DNA of 64,000 nucleotides from Gemmatimonadota bacterium (GCA_039589315.1 JBDHHQ010000001.1:1-64000), one strand, 5' to 3'. Shown: positions 10,240 to 20,288, counted from the stretch's first letter. Numbers and translations are program-made. Notes: generated by a model not told the origin, from the letters alone.

Positions 10240-10881
10240 ATGCGTCTCTACGAGATCGTCTACATCTTCGACGCCGCTCTGGACGAGGCCGGCGTCAACC
10301 TCCATCTGGAGGAGCACCACCCGCTGCTCACCCAGGTCGAAGGCGCCGAGATCGTCGCGGTGGACCACTGGGGGGCTCGCCAGCTCGCCTACCCCATCGA
10401 CAAGAAGAAGACCGGCTACTACGTGGTGGCCCAGGTTCGCACCGACCCCGAGGCCCTGCCCGAGTTCGAGCGCCGCGTCGGGTTGAACGAGCAGATCATG
10501 CGATACCTGGTGGTGCTCAACGAAGGCGAGCCCACGCGGGGCATGTCCATCCAGAAGCCCGACACCCGGGTCCGGGAGGATGACGACGACGACCGCGGCG
10601 GCCCCGACGATGACGGAGATGCCGAGATCGTGACCCACCGGTCGGCTCCACCCGAATTCAGCGGAGGCCGTGGGCGGCGTCGGCGCATCGAAGGGCCTGC
10701 CATCGAGCTCCTGAACTACAAGGACGTGGCCACCTTGTCGCGGTTCATGACGGAGCAGGGCAAGATCCTGCCGAAGCGGACGACGAAGGTGACGGCCCGA
10801 TTCCAGCGTCAGCTCGGACGCGCGATCAAACGTGCCCGGTACCTGGCGCTCGTCCCCTACGTTCGAGACCACGAGGTCTGA
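10240..10881 (+). CDS. rpsF-rpsR: Fused 30S ribosomal proteins S6 and S18 (single 213-aa ORF)
   Basis: S6: [35 protein letters not shown]; acidic linker; S18: [43 protein letters not shown]; no in-frame stop between them. Confidence 0.9.
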   Translation: MRLYEIVYIFDAALDEAGVNLHLEEHHPLLTQVEGAEIVAVDHWGARQLAYPIDKKKTGYYVVAQVRTDPEALPEFERRVGLNEQIMRYLVVLNEGEPTRGMSIQKPDTRVREDDDDDRGGPDDDGDAEIVTHRSAPPEFSGGRGRRRRIEGPAIELLNYKDVATLSRFMTEQGKILPKRTTKVTARFQRQLGRAIKRARYLALVPYVRDHEV

Positions 10882-10887
10882 GGCGGA

Positions 10888-11826
10888 ATGCACGCCAGCC
10901 ACCGAGAGGGTCGGGGGTGGCTTCGCGCTGCGGCGCTGCTGGCTTTCACGGCCGGCTTCTCGGTCCTGCAGCCCGGCGTCCTGGTCGCCGTCCCGTTCGT
11001 TCTCCTGGCATTCATCCTGCCGCCCCATCGGATCATGGCCCTACTCCTGGCGAGCGCGGTCGGCTATCTGGTGTTTCGTGGCTCGGGTCAGCCTGGTGTG
11101 TGGTTCATCGAGCGGGGGTGGGCCCTGTTGCTGGGCGGCTGGTTCGTAGCCCTGACGCTGCGTTGGCCCGGGAGCGGCTTTGCCAGCCGGGCTCTGGGCG
11201 CGCTGGGCGGAGCCCTGGCGGTGACGGCCTCCATCCTCGCGGTGCGGCCCGGCGAGTGGGCGGTGGTCCGCTGGCTCGTCGACTCACGCATTCGCCAGGG
11301 GCTCGGGTCGGCCCTCGAGGCGTTACGGCTGATGCAGGGCGACGGGGAGGTCTCGGAGGCGCTGGCAAACGCCGCCTACCGGACCGCCGACATCCAGAGC
11401 GCGGTGTTCCCGGCGCTCCTCGGGCTGACGTCGCTCTCGGCGCTGGGCGTGGCGTGGTGGCTATACGTGCGGCTGGCACGCGGAAGCGACCAGGGGGTCG
11501 GCCCTCTCAGGGACTTCCGGTTCAACGACCAGCTGATGTGGGTGGTGATCGCTGGACTGGGCGCGTTGCTCTTGGGGTCGAGCGAGGCGTGGTCGGAGGC
11601 AGGCACGAACGCCCTCGTATTCATGGGCGCGCTGTATGCGCTCCGAGGGGCCGCGGTCGTGGTGTTCCTGTACGGCGGGTTGAACCTGCTCGGAATGATC
11701 GTGTTCGTGTTCGGGTTGCTGTTCGTGGCGCCGATCGTGGTCATGGCTGCCATGGTCATCGGGATCGGAGATACGTGGCTGGACCTGCGCTCGCGGGCGA
11801 CGCCCCGGGCGGAGGGCGGGTCTTGA
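10888..11826 (+). CDS. DUF2232/YybS-like multi-pass membrane protein
   Basis: Multiple TM segments, FRFNDQLMW, GIGDTWLDLR tail; position between rpsR and rplI. Confidence 0.75.
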   Translation: MHASHREGRGWLRAAALLAFTAGFSVLQPGVLVAVPFVLLAFILPPHRIMALLLASAVGYLVFRGSGQPGVWFIERGWALLLGGWFVALTLRWPGSGFASRALGALGGALAVTASILAVRPGEWAVVRWLVDSRIRQGLGSALEALRLMQGDGEVSEALANAAYRTADIQSAVFPALLGLTSLSALGVAWWLYVRLARGSDQGVGPLRDFRFNDQLMWVVIAGLGALLLGSSEAWSEAGTNALVFMGALYALRGAAVVVFLYGGLNLLGMIVFVFGLLFVAPIVVMAAMVIGIGDTWLDLRSRATPRAEGGS

Positions 11827-11848
11827 ACGAAACGAAAGGGAGTGGCAG

Positions 11849-12304
11849 ATGAAGCTCATCCTGAAGCGAGATGTGCACAACCTCGGGACGTCCGGGGACA
11901 TCGTGAACGTCAAGCCGGGCTACGCACGGAACTACCTTCTTCCCCAGGGTCTGGCGTACGTCGCCAGCGACGCCAACCTGCGCCGGATCGAGCTGGAGAA
12001 GCAGCAGGTGGAGGAGCGGGGGAAGCGGGACTACTTGGAAGCGCGCAGGCGCGCCGCACAGCTCGCGGGCCTGGTCCTCACCTTCCACGCCAAGGCCGGC
12101 GAGGAGGGCAAGCTCTTCGGGTCCGTCACCGCTGCCGACATCGCGGACCGGGCCGGTGAGCACGACCTCGACTTCGATGTGGACCGCCGCAAGATCCTCC
12201 TGGACGAGCCCATCAAGCAGCTCGGGGCCTTTCCGGTTACGATCCGCCTCGGATCCGAGGTGGACGCCGAGATAGAGGTCCGGGTGGAGCGGGCCACCGA
12301 GTAG
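11849..12304 (+). CDS. rplI: 50S ribosomal protein L9
   Basis: LGTSGDIVNVKPGYARNYLLP, GKLFGSVT. Confidence 0.97.
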   Translation: MKLILKRDVHNLGTSGDIVNVKPGYARNYLLPQGLAYVASDANLRRIELEKQQVEERGKRDYLEARRRAAQLAGLVLTFHAKAGEEGKLFGSVTAADIADRAGEHDLDFDVDRRKILLDEPIKQLGAFPVTIRLGSEVDAEIEVRVERATE

Positions 12305-12315
12305 GCGAGGCCGAG

Positions 12316-12687
12316 ATGCAGCGTGCTGCTGAACGGGCCACGCCCGAGCTGCCGTCCGTGGTGAGTCAGGCCGCGGAGGTCGCCCTCGAGCGAAAGTCGT
12401 CGGACGTCGTCGCCCTGGACCTCCGGGGGATCTCCTCGGCCACGGACTACTTCGTGATCGGCTCCGGAACGTCCGACATACACGTCCGGTCCATCGCGGA
12501 GCACATCGAGGAGGCGTTGCGCAAGGAGGGACACCGTCCCGACCACGTCGAGGGTAAGGCCGGGGGGACCTGGGTGCTCCTGGATTACATCGACTTCGTG
12601 GTGCACGTCTTCCACTCTGCGGCGCGGGATTTCTATCAACTCGAGCACCTGTGGGGGGACGCACCGCGGGTCGCCTTCGAGGACTGA
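12316..12687 (+). CDS. rsfS: Ribosome silencing factor
   Basis: TDYFVIGSG, WVLLDYIDFVVHVF, RDFYQLEHLW. Confidence 0.95.
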   Translation: MQRAAERATPELPSVVSQAAEVALERKSSDVVALDLRGISSATDYFVIGSGTSDIHVRSIAEHIEEALRKEGHRPDHVEGKAGGTWVLLDYIDFVVHVFHSAARDFYQLEHLWGDAPRVAFED

Positions 12688-12866
12688 TTGACCGGGTTCG
12701 GGTGCCTGCACCCCCCGCGATGCCCGATGGACCCTGCGGCCGATTGCCCGGCCGCTTCGCCGGGCGTTAAGTTGACGAGGTTTCCATGGGGTCCCCGACG
12801 AATAGCTGCGCCGGGTCCCGAGCCGGGTCTGCGGAGCCGGCTTGCCATAGCTTCCCGATCACGCGA

Positions 12867-14759
12867 ATGACACTGGAGACACCCGTCTGGCAGGCCTTTG
12901 ACCCGGCGACGGACGACGTGCCGGACTCGATCTTGGCTCTCCTGGACGGCGGCGGCCCGGTACGCGTGTTGGCCCTGGCGGTGGCTCCGACGGCGGAGGA
13001 CGGGCCGTGGGCGGCCGGTGTGTCGGCGCAGATCGCCGAGGCCGCCGCCGCGCGGGGCGCCCGGACACTCCTGATCGACCTGGGCCTGGAGGGATCCTCG
13101 CTCCCCGCCGAGCTCGACATCACGCCTGGCGAGGGCATCAGCGACGTCTTCGAGTTCGGTGCCTCTGCGCGTCGGGTCTCCACGGGCGTCCGCGAAGGGT
13201 CTTTTCTCTTCGTGCCCGCTGGCACCGTGGTCGGGGATTCCTCGAAGATCCTCGAACACCCCCGGTGGGGCGCGGTCCTGGCTGGCTACCGGAGTTCGGG
13301 CACGCTGGTGCTTCTCCACGTGCCGCTTTCCCTCGAGGGCGCCGCCGGCTTGCTGGAACGTGCCGACGCCGTGGTCGTCCTGGCGGGAGCTGCGGCAGCG
13401 TCCGAGGCGCTCCTGGAGTCGTCCACGGAGGTGCATGCCGTGATCGGCCCGCCGGAGGCGGCGGAAGGCATCGCGGCCGGCGCGGTGGAGGACCCCGGCG
13501 CCGAGGGCGAGGACGGGGTGGCGGGAGGGGACGTCGCTGCCGACGACGTCGCCAGCCTGGAAGTTCGCCTCGCGGAGAGCCTCGAGCTGGCAGAGGAGCC
13601 TGGAGCCCTGGGCCTGACGAGTCAGCTGGAGGCTGGGACACGACCGGTCGTCGACGAAGGCGCGGCGTGGGCAGCGGAGCGCCCTGCCGAGGATCTGCCG
13701 ACGGGAGAGGACGCGGCCCCCGGTGAGGGCGCGGAGGTGGGGCCGGATCCGTTTTGGGACGAGGCCGCTGCAGGCGACCTCGTTGGCGAACGCGCGGAAC
13801 CGGCTGGTGCGGACGAGCCGGACGCCACCGGCGACCCTGACACACTGCTGTACACCGAGTTCGAAGGCCTGCCCGGGATCGAATCGCCGTCAGGCTCGCG
13901 TCGCTCTCGGCTCCTGCTGCTGGCGTTGATCGTCATCGTGGTGGTGGCGCTCATCGCCCTGATGAGCTGGGGCGACGAGCCGGCCGTGTCGAGCGGTCCG
14001 GCGGACGACGAGGCGCCGATCGAGGTGTCCGCGGCAAGGTCGGCCGAGGCGGACATGGTCGCGGCCCGGCCGGAACCGGGTGACGAGTCCGAGGGCGGGG
14101 ATCCCGTGACCGTTGAGGGGTCCGTGCCTGCCGCCACCGGCGGCGAGCCGGTCGATCCGACGGTCGGCGAGGAAGGTGGCGCCCCCGCCGAGCTCGTGGA
14201 CGACGCGACGGAGGGAGGCACTCCACCGGCCACCTCGCCCGGTAGGCTGTCGCCCAACGCGGTCATGCGCTTCGGCCTGACCATCAACGCCCACGAGCGA
14301 CGGACCGCCGCCGAAGAGCAGGCCCAGGACCTGCGGGCCCGCTTCCCGTCCCTCCAGTTCGTTCTGGTGCCGGTGCAGGTTCGGAGCGTCACCTACTACC
14401 GGGTCGTGGCGGGGCCCGCCGAGACGGGAGCGCGTGCCGAGGCCATTCGCGCCGAGCTGGCCGGCTACATCGGCAGCGCGGTCGCCCGGAGCGCCATCGT
14501 CCGATCCACCCGCGTCGCCTTCCTCCTGGGCGAGTACGAGTCGCTCGACGAGGCCATGGCGCGAAGGGCCCAGGCCGAGGACGCCGGGATCCCGGCCTAC
14601 TTCGCGGAATACGGGCTCAGCGCCGGTCCGCTGCGGTATCGCGTCTACTCCGGCGCCTATGCGAACGCCCGCGAGGCGAGTCACCTCCAGACCCAGCTGA
14701 TCGAAACGGGCCTGACCGGTGCGATCCTCACCGAACGGATGGGCCGCCCCCTTCGATGA
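12867..14759 (+). CDS. Bitopic membrane protein: degenerate MinD/ParA/Wzc-like domain, acidic linker, TM, two SPOR-like repeats
   Basis: ARTLLIDL, GEGISDVF, FLFVPAG resemble P-loop ATPase core with no GK[ST]; TM LLLLALIVIVVVALIAL; YYRVVAGP and RYRVYSGAY SPOR-like; start could be 12786. Confidence 0.65.
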   Translation: MTLETPVWQAFDPATDDVPDSILALLDGGGPVRVLALAVAPTAEDGPWAAGVSAQIAEAAAARGARTLLIDLGLEGSSLPAELDITPGEGISDVFEFGASARRVSTGVREGSFLFVPAGTVVGDSSKILEHPRWGAVLAGYRSSGTLVLLHVPLSLEGAAGLLERADAVVVLAGAAAASEALLESSTEVHAVIGPPEAAEGIAAGAVEDPGAEGEDGVAGGDVAADDVASLEVRLAESLELAEEPGALGLTSQLEAGTRPVVDEGAAWAAERPAEDLPTGEDAAPGEGAEVGPDPFWDEAAAGDLVGERAEPAGADEPDATGDPDTLLYTEFEGLPGIESPSGSRRSRLLLLALIVIVVVALIALMSWGDEPAVSSGPADDEAPIEVSAARSAEADMVAARPEPGDESEGGDPVTVEGSVPAATGGEPVDPTVGEEGGAPAELVDDATEGGTPPATSPGRLSPNAVMRFGLTINAHERRTAAEEQAQDLRARFPSLQFVLVPVQVRSVTYYRVVAGPAETGARAEAIRAELAGYIGSAVARSAIVRSTRVAFLLGEYESLDEAMARRAQAEDAGIPAYFAEYGLSAGPLRYRVYSGAYANAREASHLQTQLIETGLTGAILTERMGRPLR

Positions 14760-17700
14760 AGCTCCGCTCTCTGAGGGTAAACGGCTTCAAGTCCTTCCCA
14801 GACCGCACGGATATCGAGTTCCACGAGGGGATCACCGCCATCGTGGGTCCCAACGGCTGCGGCAAGTCCAACATCAGCGACGCCATTCGCTGGGTACTGG
14901 GAGAGCAGCGCCCGACCGCCATCCGGGGTGCCAAGATGGAGGAGGCCATCTTCCAGGGAACCGTGAACCGCCGGCCCGTGAACCGGGGCTCCGTCGTCAT
15001 GACGGTCAGCAACGAGGACGGACTGCTCCCGGTTCCGTTCGAGGAGGTGGAGATCGGTCGGACCGTCTTCCGGGACGGGGGCAGCGAGTACTCGATCAAC
15101 CGGTCCCACTGTCGCCTGAAGGACGTCGTCGAGCTTTGCCGCGACACCGGTCTGGGCGCCAACGCCTATGCGGTCATCGAGAACCGCATGATCGACGCCA
15201 TCCTCTCGGACCGGGCCGACGAACGTAGGGGCCTCTTCGAGGAGGCGGCCGGGATCGGCAAGTACAAGGACCGGCGGAAGGCGGCGACCCGGCGTCTGGA
15301 GCGGGCGGAGCTGGATCTGCAACGCCTGGAAGACGTCATCACGGAGGTCGAGACCAAGGTCCGATCCCTGGCCCGCCAGAAGGGGAAGGCGCTACGGTAC
15401 CACGCGCTGCGGCATCGGCGGCTGGCCGTGGAGGTGGCCGTCGTGGGGCATCGCCTGACCGGCCTCCAGGAGCGGCTGGTGGAGGTGGAAGGTGCTCTGG
15501 GTGGGGAACAGGGGTCCGTCGAGGGCATGCTGGCCGAGTTGCGGGCCGCGGAGGCGCGGGTCGAGAGTCTACGGCTGCGCCAGATCGATGTGGAGAAGGA
15601 GCGCTCCGAGGGTGCCGCACGGCTCGACGACGTGCGCAGCCAACTGGTGCGGTGGGAGCGGGACCTGGCGGTCGCGGACGAGCGGGCGGCGTACGCCGAG
15701 CGGCGATTGGCCCAGATCCTGGAGGAGCGCCAGCAATCACAGGATCGGGCCCATGCGCTGGAGTCCGAGACCCGGAACCTGTCTCGTTTGGGGCGGGACC
15801 TGGAGGAGGAGCTGGGCGAGGCGCGGGGATCGCTGGAGGCCAGTCATGCGTCAACGGGCGAGGTGAGGCAGCGGCTCCAGAGCGCCCGTGGCGACGTCCA
15901 ATCCATGGAAGCGCGCGAGCGCGAGGTGGCACGCAAGGGGGCCCAGCTCGAGGGCGACGCTGACGCCTCCGAAGCCCAGGCGGCAGAGTTGGGAAGGCGC
16001 CTGGAACGGCTCCACGACGAGCTGGAGGCCGCGGCCGACGCCCTCTCGGACCTGGAATCCCAGGGAGATCTCTTCGCGGATCGGCTCGAGCAGCTGTCCA
16101 GGGACGAGCAGGTGGCGCGGTCCACGGTTGCCGGCGCGGAAAGCACGCTCGCACAGGCCCGGGCGGTGCTGGACGACGCGCGCGTCGCGGAGTTGGAGAC
16201 GGCCGACCACGCCGGATCGCTGTCTGCCGAGGCCGTGGCGCTCGAGCGCATGGCGCGGGACCAGGAAGGTGTGGAGCCCGCCGTCCAGGCTGTCCTGGAA
16301 GGAGCGCGCACGGGCGTGCTCGGCCCGCTGTCCGACTTCGTCACCGTGGAGGCGTCCCACTCGGCGGCCGTGGAGGCGTATCTGGGCGCCTTGCTGCGGG
16401 GCATCGTCGTGAAGGACCGGAAGGCGGCAGGGAGCGTCGCCGGCTGGTTCCGGGACGAATGGGAAGGGGGCGGGGGTCTGATCCTGCTGCCGCTGGACGG
16501 CGTGCCCGGCTCGGGAGGGGCGGTGCCCGAAGGCGTGACGCCCACGGGGGCTGGGACGCCCTGGGTGGAGGCCCTGCTCGGCGGCGTGAAGTTGGTGGAC
16601 GAGGAGGGTCTGTTGAGCGCTGGCGACGGGCGCCGCCTGGCCCCCTCCGGGGCCTCTGTGGACCGCCTGGGCGTCGTGCGGGTGGGCAATCCCATGGGCG
16701 CCACCGGTGTGCTGGAGCGTCAGTCCCGCCTGGATGAGCTCCGGCCCAGGGCGGAGGCCGCGCGTGCAGCGGCCGACCAGGCGCGAGCGGGTCGCGAGGC
16801 CGCCGAGGGCCGCGCGAGGGATGCCGAGACGAACCTGGAAGACGCTCGAGCGACGCTCCGGAGCGCTGAGGACGCCCACCGCCAGGCCGGTGCCGAGATT
16901 GCCGCGCAGTACGACCGGAAGGACCGGATGGACCGGCACCGGGACGAGTTGGCGCGGCAGCTCGAGGGAACGCGGGCGGCCCGGGCTCGAGCCCTGGAGC
17001 GAGGCGAGACCGCCCGGGAGGATCGGGGCGCCCTGTCGGCGGAAGAAGAAGCGCTGCATGGCCAACGCGAGAAGGCCCAAGCGGCGCTGGAGACCGTGGA
17101 GGAAGAGTGGGAGGCGGCACGGGCCGAGGAGTCCAGACTGACGGTGGAGCTCACCCGCCTCCAGGGCGAGCTGGGCCGGACCCGCGAACGGAACGAGGAC
17201 GCGGCCAAGGCCCGCCAGTCCGCTCTCGATCGGGTCGAGGCGCTCGACCGAGAGGAGATGGCCCTGCGAACCGAGCTGTCCGAGGTGAGTCAGCTGCGGC
17301 GGCAGGGCGAGACCGCCACCGAGGAGCTCTTCAAGGCCCGTACGGAGGCCGAGTCTCGACTCGCCGAGCGGGACCGGGTGGTGGCGAGCGTGGCGGAGGA
17401 GCTCGACGTGGAGGGGCGCCGGGTACGGGCAGCCCGGAGCGCCGAGCGTGAGGCGACCAACCGGCGCCATCGGCTCGAGCTGGAGCGGCAAGAGCTCCTG
17501 GGAGACATCGGGCGGATCCAGGAGCGGCTCGAAGGCGAGTGGGGCAGGCCGCTCCAGACGTTGCTGGAAGAGGCCGAGCCCATCGAAGGTGATCCGGACG
17601 CGCTGGCCGCGGAGCTGAAGGAGATCGTCCAGGCCCTTGACCGGGTCGGACCGGTGAACATGCTCGCGATGGAGGAGCACGAGGAAGAGAGCACCCGCCT

Positions 17701-18268
17701 CTCGTTCCTGCAGGAGCAGCAATCGGACCTGGTAAACGCCCGGGACGACCTGCGGGCCGCCATCAAGCACATCAACGAGACCGCCACGACCCTGTTCCTG
17801 GACACCTTCCACCAGATTCGCGAGCACTTCGTCAGCACCTTCCGGCGTCTGTTCGAAGGTGGCGAGGCCGATCTCTGGCTGTCGGACGAGGAGGATCCCC
17901 TAGAGTCACTCGTGGAGATCCACGCATCGCCCCGGGGCAAGAGGACTCAGCGCATCGATCTCCTGTCGGGGGGCGAGCGGGCGCTGACCGCCCTGTCCCT
18001 CCTCTTCGGCATTTACCTGGTGAAGCCCAGTCCGTTCTGTGTGCTGGACGAGGTCGACGCGCCTCTCGACGAGGCCAACATCGGTCGCTTCATCCGCCTT
18101 CTCCAGGAGTTCAAGCGGGGCACCCAGTTCGTCGTGATCACCCACAACCCACGCACCATCGAGGCCGCCGACTGGATCTACGGGGTGACGATGGAAGAGC
18201 CGGGCGTGAGCAGCATCGTGGGCGTGCGCCTCGAGGATGCCCTGCAGGCGAGTGGCTCCGCAGCGTAG
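14756..18268 (+). CDS. smc: Chromosome segregation protein SMC
   Basis: GFKSF, GPNGCGKSN, long coiled coils, hinge, LSGGE, LDEVDAPLD, ITHN. Confidence 0.97.
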   Translation: MKLRSLRVNGFKSFPDRTDIEFHEGITAIVGPNGCGKSNISDAIRWVLGEQRPTAIRGAKMEEAIFQGTVNRRPVNRGSVVMTVSNEDGLLPVPFEEVEIGRTVFRDGGSEYSINRSHCRLKDVVELCRDTGLGANAYAVIENRMIDAILSDRADERRGLFEEAAGIGKYKDRRKAATRRLERAELDLQRLEDVITEVETKVRSLARQKGKALRYHALRHRRLAVEVAVVGHRLTGLQERLVEVEGALGGEQGSVEGMLAELRAAEARVESLRLRQIDVEKERSEGAARLDDVRSQLVRWERDLAVADERAAYAERRLAQILEERQQSQDRAHALESETRNLSRLGRDLEEELGEARGSLEASHASTGEVRQRLQSARGDVQSMEAREREVARKGAQLEGDADASEAQAAELGRRLERLHDELEAAADALSDLESQGDLFADRLEQLSRDEQVARSTVAGAESTLAQARAVLDDARVAELETADHAGSLSAEAVALERMARDQEGVEPAVQAVLEGARTGVLGPLSDFVTVEASHSAAVEAYLGALLRGIVVKDRKAAGSVAGWFRDEWEGGGGLILLPLDGVPGSGGAVPEGVTPTGAGTPWVEALLGGVKLVDEEGLLSAGDGRRLAPSGASVDRLGVVRVGNPMGATGVLERQSRLDELRPRAEAARAAADQARAGREAAEGRARDAETNLEDARATLRSAEDAHRQAGAEIAAQYDRKDRMDRHRDELARQLEGTRAARARALERGETAREDRGALSAEEEALHGQREKAQAALETVEEEWEAARAEESRLTVELTRLQGELGRTRERNEDAAKARQSALDRVEALDREEMALRTELSEVSQLRRQGETATEELFKARTEAESRLAERDRVVASVAEELDVEGRRVRAARSAEREATNRRHRLELERQELLGDIGRIQERLEGEWGRPLQTLLEEAEPIEGDPDALAAELKEIVQALDRVGPVNMLAMEEHEEESTRLSFLQEQQSDLVNARDDLRAAIKHINETATTLFLDTFHQIREHFVSTFRRLFEGGEADLWLSDEEDPLESLVEIHASPRGKRTQRIDLLSGGERALTALSLLFGIYLVKPSPFCVLDEVDAPLDEANIGRFIRLLQEFKRGTQFVVITHNPRTIEAADWIYGVTMEEPGVSSIVGVRLEDALQASGSAA

Positions 18269-20288
18269 GCGCGACCGGGGCCGGAGCTCGGCCCCGCTCC
18301 TCCTTCTCCTCTCCTGCGCCTGGGGCGCGTTGCCGTCGCCCGCGCAGGCTCAGCAGGCTCCGCTCGGTAGCCGGCCCACGGCTCTCGCGGACACCTCGTA
18401 CGGGGCCCTCACGGACGTGCTACGGCGCATGGGCGTTGACGGTGCCCATCGGCTCGGCGTCACCGGTGCCGGCGTTCGGATCGGGATCCTGGGCGGAGCC
18501 GTTCGCATCGACCATCAGGCGTTCGCCGGCAGCGACCTGCTCGCGACGCGGGACTTCGTGGACGGCGACGACGACGTGACTCCAGGACCGGGCGAGGAGG
18601 AGGCAGCGGCCCGAACCACCGCGGCGTGGTCGCTGGCCGGAGCCCGGGCACCCGACGTCCTCGTGGGGCCGGCGTTCGGCTCGTCCTTTCTGCTGGCCCG
18701 AACCTTCACCGCCGGGGGGGCGCCCAGGGACGACGAGGATCGATGGGTCCAGGGCCTGGATTGGCTGGAGAGCCAGGGCGCCCGAGTCGTCGTCAGCGAC
18801 GGCGGCTTCCGTGCCTTCGACGATGGATTCGCGTACACCATCGAGGATCTGGACGGAGCGACGACGCCGTCCACGGTGGCGGCGGTCCTGGCGAGCGAGC
18901 GGGGTGTGCTGGTCGTGACGCCCGTGGGTGACCTGGGCCCCGGCGAGGGGACGCTCGTGGCTCCCTCGGACGGTGACGGTGTGCTGGCGGCCGGGGCGGT
19001 GGCCGGCGACGAGACCATCGCCTCCTTTTCTTCCGAGGGGCCCACCGCCGACGGGCGCCCCAAGCCCGACGCGTACGCACCGGGTGTCGATGTACCGGCT
19101 GCGGGCTCAGGGTCGCCAACGGACTTGGTGGCCTCTGACGGGACGGCGTTGGCGGCGGCCCTGCTCGCGGGTGGGGCGGCTCTCTTCACGGAGGCTCATC
19201 CAGAGCGGACGCCGGCCCAGATCATCGATGCCCTCGTGTCGTCCGCGGACCTCCGGGTGGGGCGAGCCGACGCCGCGCCGTCCATCGACGTGGGGTCGGC
19301 CATCGCGTTCCCGGACGGCATCGTGGCCATCCCCATCGCCGAAGTGGACGCAGAAGGTCAGGTGACGACGCTCACGCCGCTCTTCCGGTGGGACGCGCCC
19401 ACGATCTATCCACCAGCCCTGCCGGTGTCGTTCACGATTTTCGTCGCGGCGGACTCCACGTTCCAGGACGTCCTCCTGGCCGACCGGGTCGTGGGAACGT
19501 TCGCGCGCCGCCTCAGTCGGCCGTTGCCGCCACGGCAGCGGATCTTCTGGCGGGTGAATGCCGAGACGCCCCAGGCCGTGACACGGAGCACGGAGACGCA
19601 AGGCCCGCTCACCGTCCCGGCCTGGCTACGGCTCATGGTCCTGAACAACCCGGCCGGTCAGACCATAGAGGAGCGGAGGCCCACCTTCGAGTGGGAACCG
19701 TTCGAGGTGCTCGAGCCGCCGGCCGGGCCGCTTACCTACGATCTGGACGTCTTCAGCGACCGGGACGAGGAGTCCGTGGCCGCCTTCGCGGGCCTGGACT
19801 CCACACGCTTCCGGGTGCCCGAGCCGCTGCCGCTGAACGAGCCGCTACGCTGGAGCGTGGTGGCCAGGGCCCCGGGGGGTCAGGCCGACACGGCGATCAG
19901 CGCCGGTCCTTTCGTCGTCGTGAGCACTTCGAGCCCGCCGGCCACCATCCTCTTCCAGAACTTCCCCAATCCGTTCCCGAGCGTGGAGCTCGGGTTGTCG
20001 GAGACCCGTATCTGGTTCGACCTGTCCCGTGAAGGGCCCGTCCAGCTCACCGTGTATGACCTCCGCGGCAGGCTGGTGCGCAGACTGGTTCCGGCGGCAG
20101 GTTGCGGCGAGGTCGTGTTGCCTGCGGGTATCTACGGGAGGGAGGAGGGAGGCTCCCCGGATCCCTGCGTGCAGCTCCGCTGGGACGGCACCGACGAGGC
20201 GGGCCGTAACGTGGAGCCCGGCGTGTATCTGCTTCGTCTGCGCGCCGGAGGCACGGAGGGGATCCGACGGATGGTGTATTGGCCATGA
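18237..20288 (+). CDS. Secreted subtilase (S8)-like protein, catalytically degenerate, with Fn3-like repeats and C-terminal FlgD-Ig/sorting-like domain
   Basis: GVTGAGVRIGIL, IASFSSEGPTADGRPKPDAYAPG; C-terminal QNFPNPF, VYDLRGRLVRRL, WDGTDEAG, PGVYLLRL. Confidence 0.8.
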   Translation: MPCRRVAPQRRRDRGRSSAPLLLLLSCAWGALPSPAQAQQAPLGSRPTALADTSYGALTDVLRRMGVDGAHRLGVTGAGVRIGILGGAVRIDHQAFAGSDLLATRDFVDGDDDVTPGPGEEEAAARTTAAWSLAGARAPDVLVGPAFGSSFLLARTFTAGGAPRDDEDRWVQGLDWLESQGARVVVSDGGFRAFDDGFAYTIEDLDGATTPSTVAAVLASERGVLVVTPVGDLGPGEGTLVAPSDGDGVLAAGAVAGDETIASFSSEGPTADGRPKPDAYAPGVDVPAAGSGSPTDLVASDGTALAAALLAGGAALFTEAHPERTPAQIIDALVSSADLRVGRADAAPSIDVGSAIAFPDGIVAIPIAEVDAEGQVTTLTPLFRWDAPTIYPPALPVSFTIFVAADSTFQDVLLADRVVGTFARRLSRPLPPRQRIFWRVNAETPQAVTRSTETQGPLTVPAWLRLMVLNNPAGQTIEERRPTFEWEPFEVLEPPAGPLTYDLDVFSDRDEESVAAFAGLDSTRFRVPEPLPLNEPLRWSVVARAPGGQADTAISAGPFVVVSTSSPPATILFQNFPNPFPSVELGLSETRIWFDLSREGPVQLTVYDLRGRLVRRLVPAAGCGEVVLPAGIYGREEGGSPDPCVQLRWDGTDEAGRNVEPGVYLLRLRAGGTEGIRRMVYWP

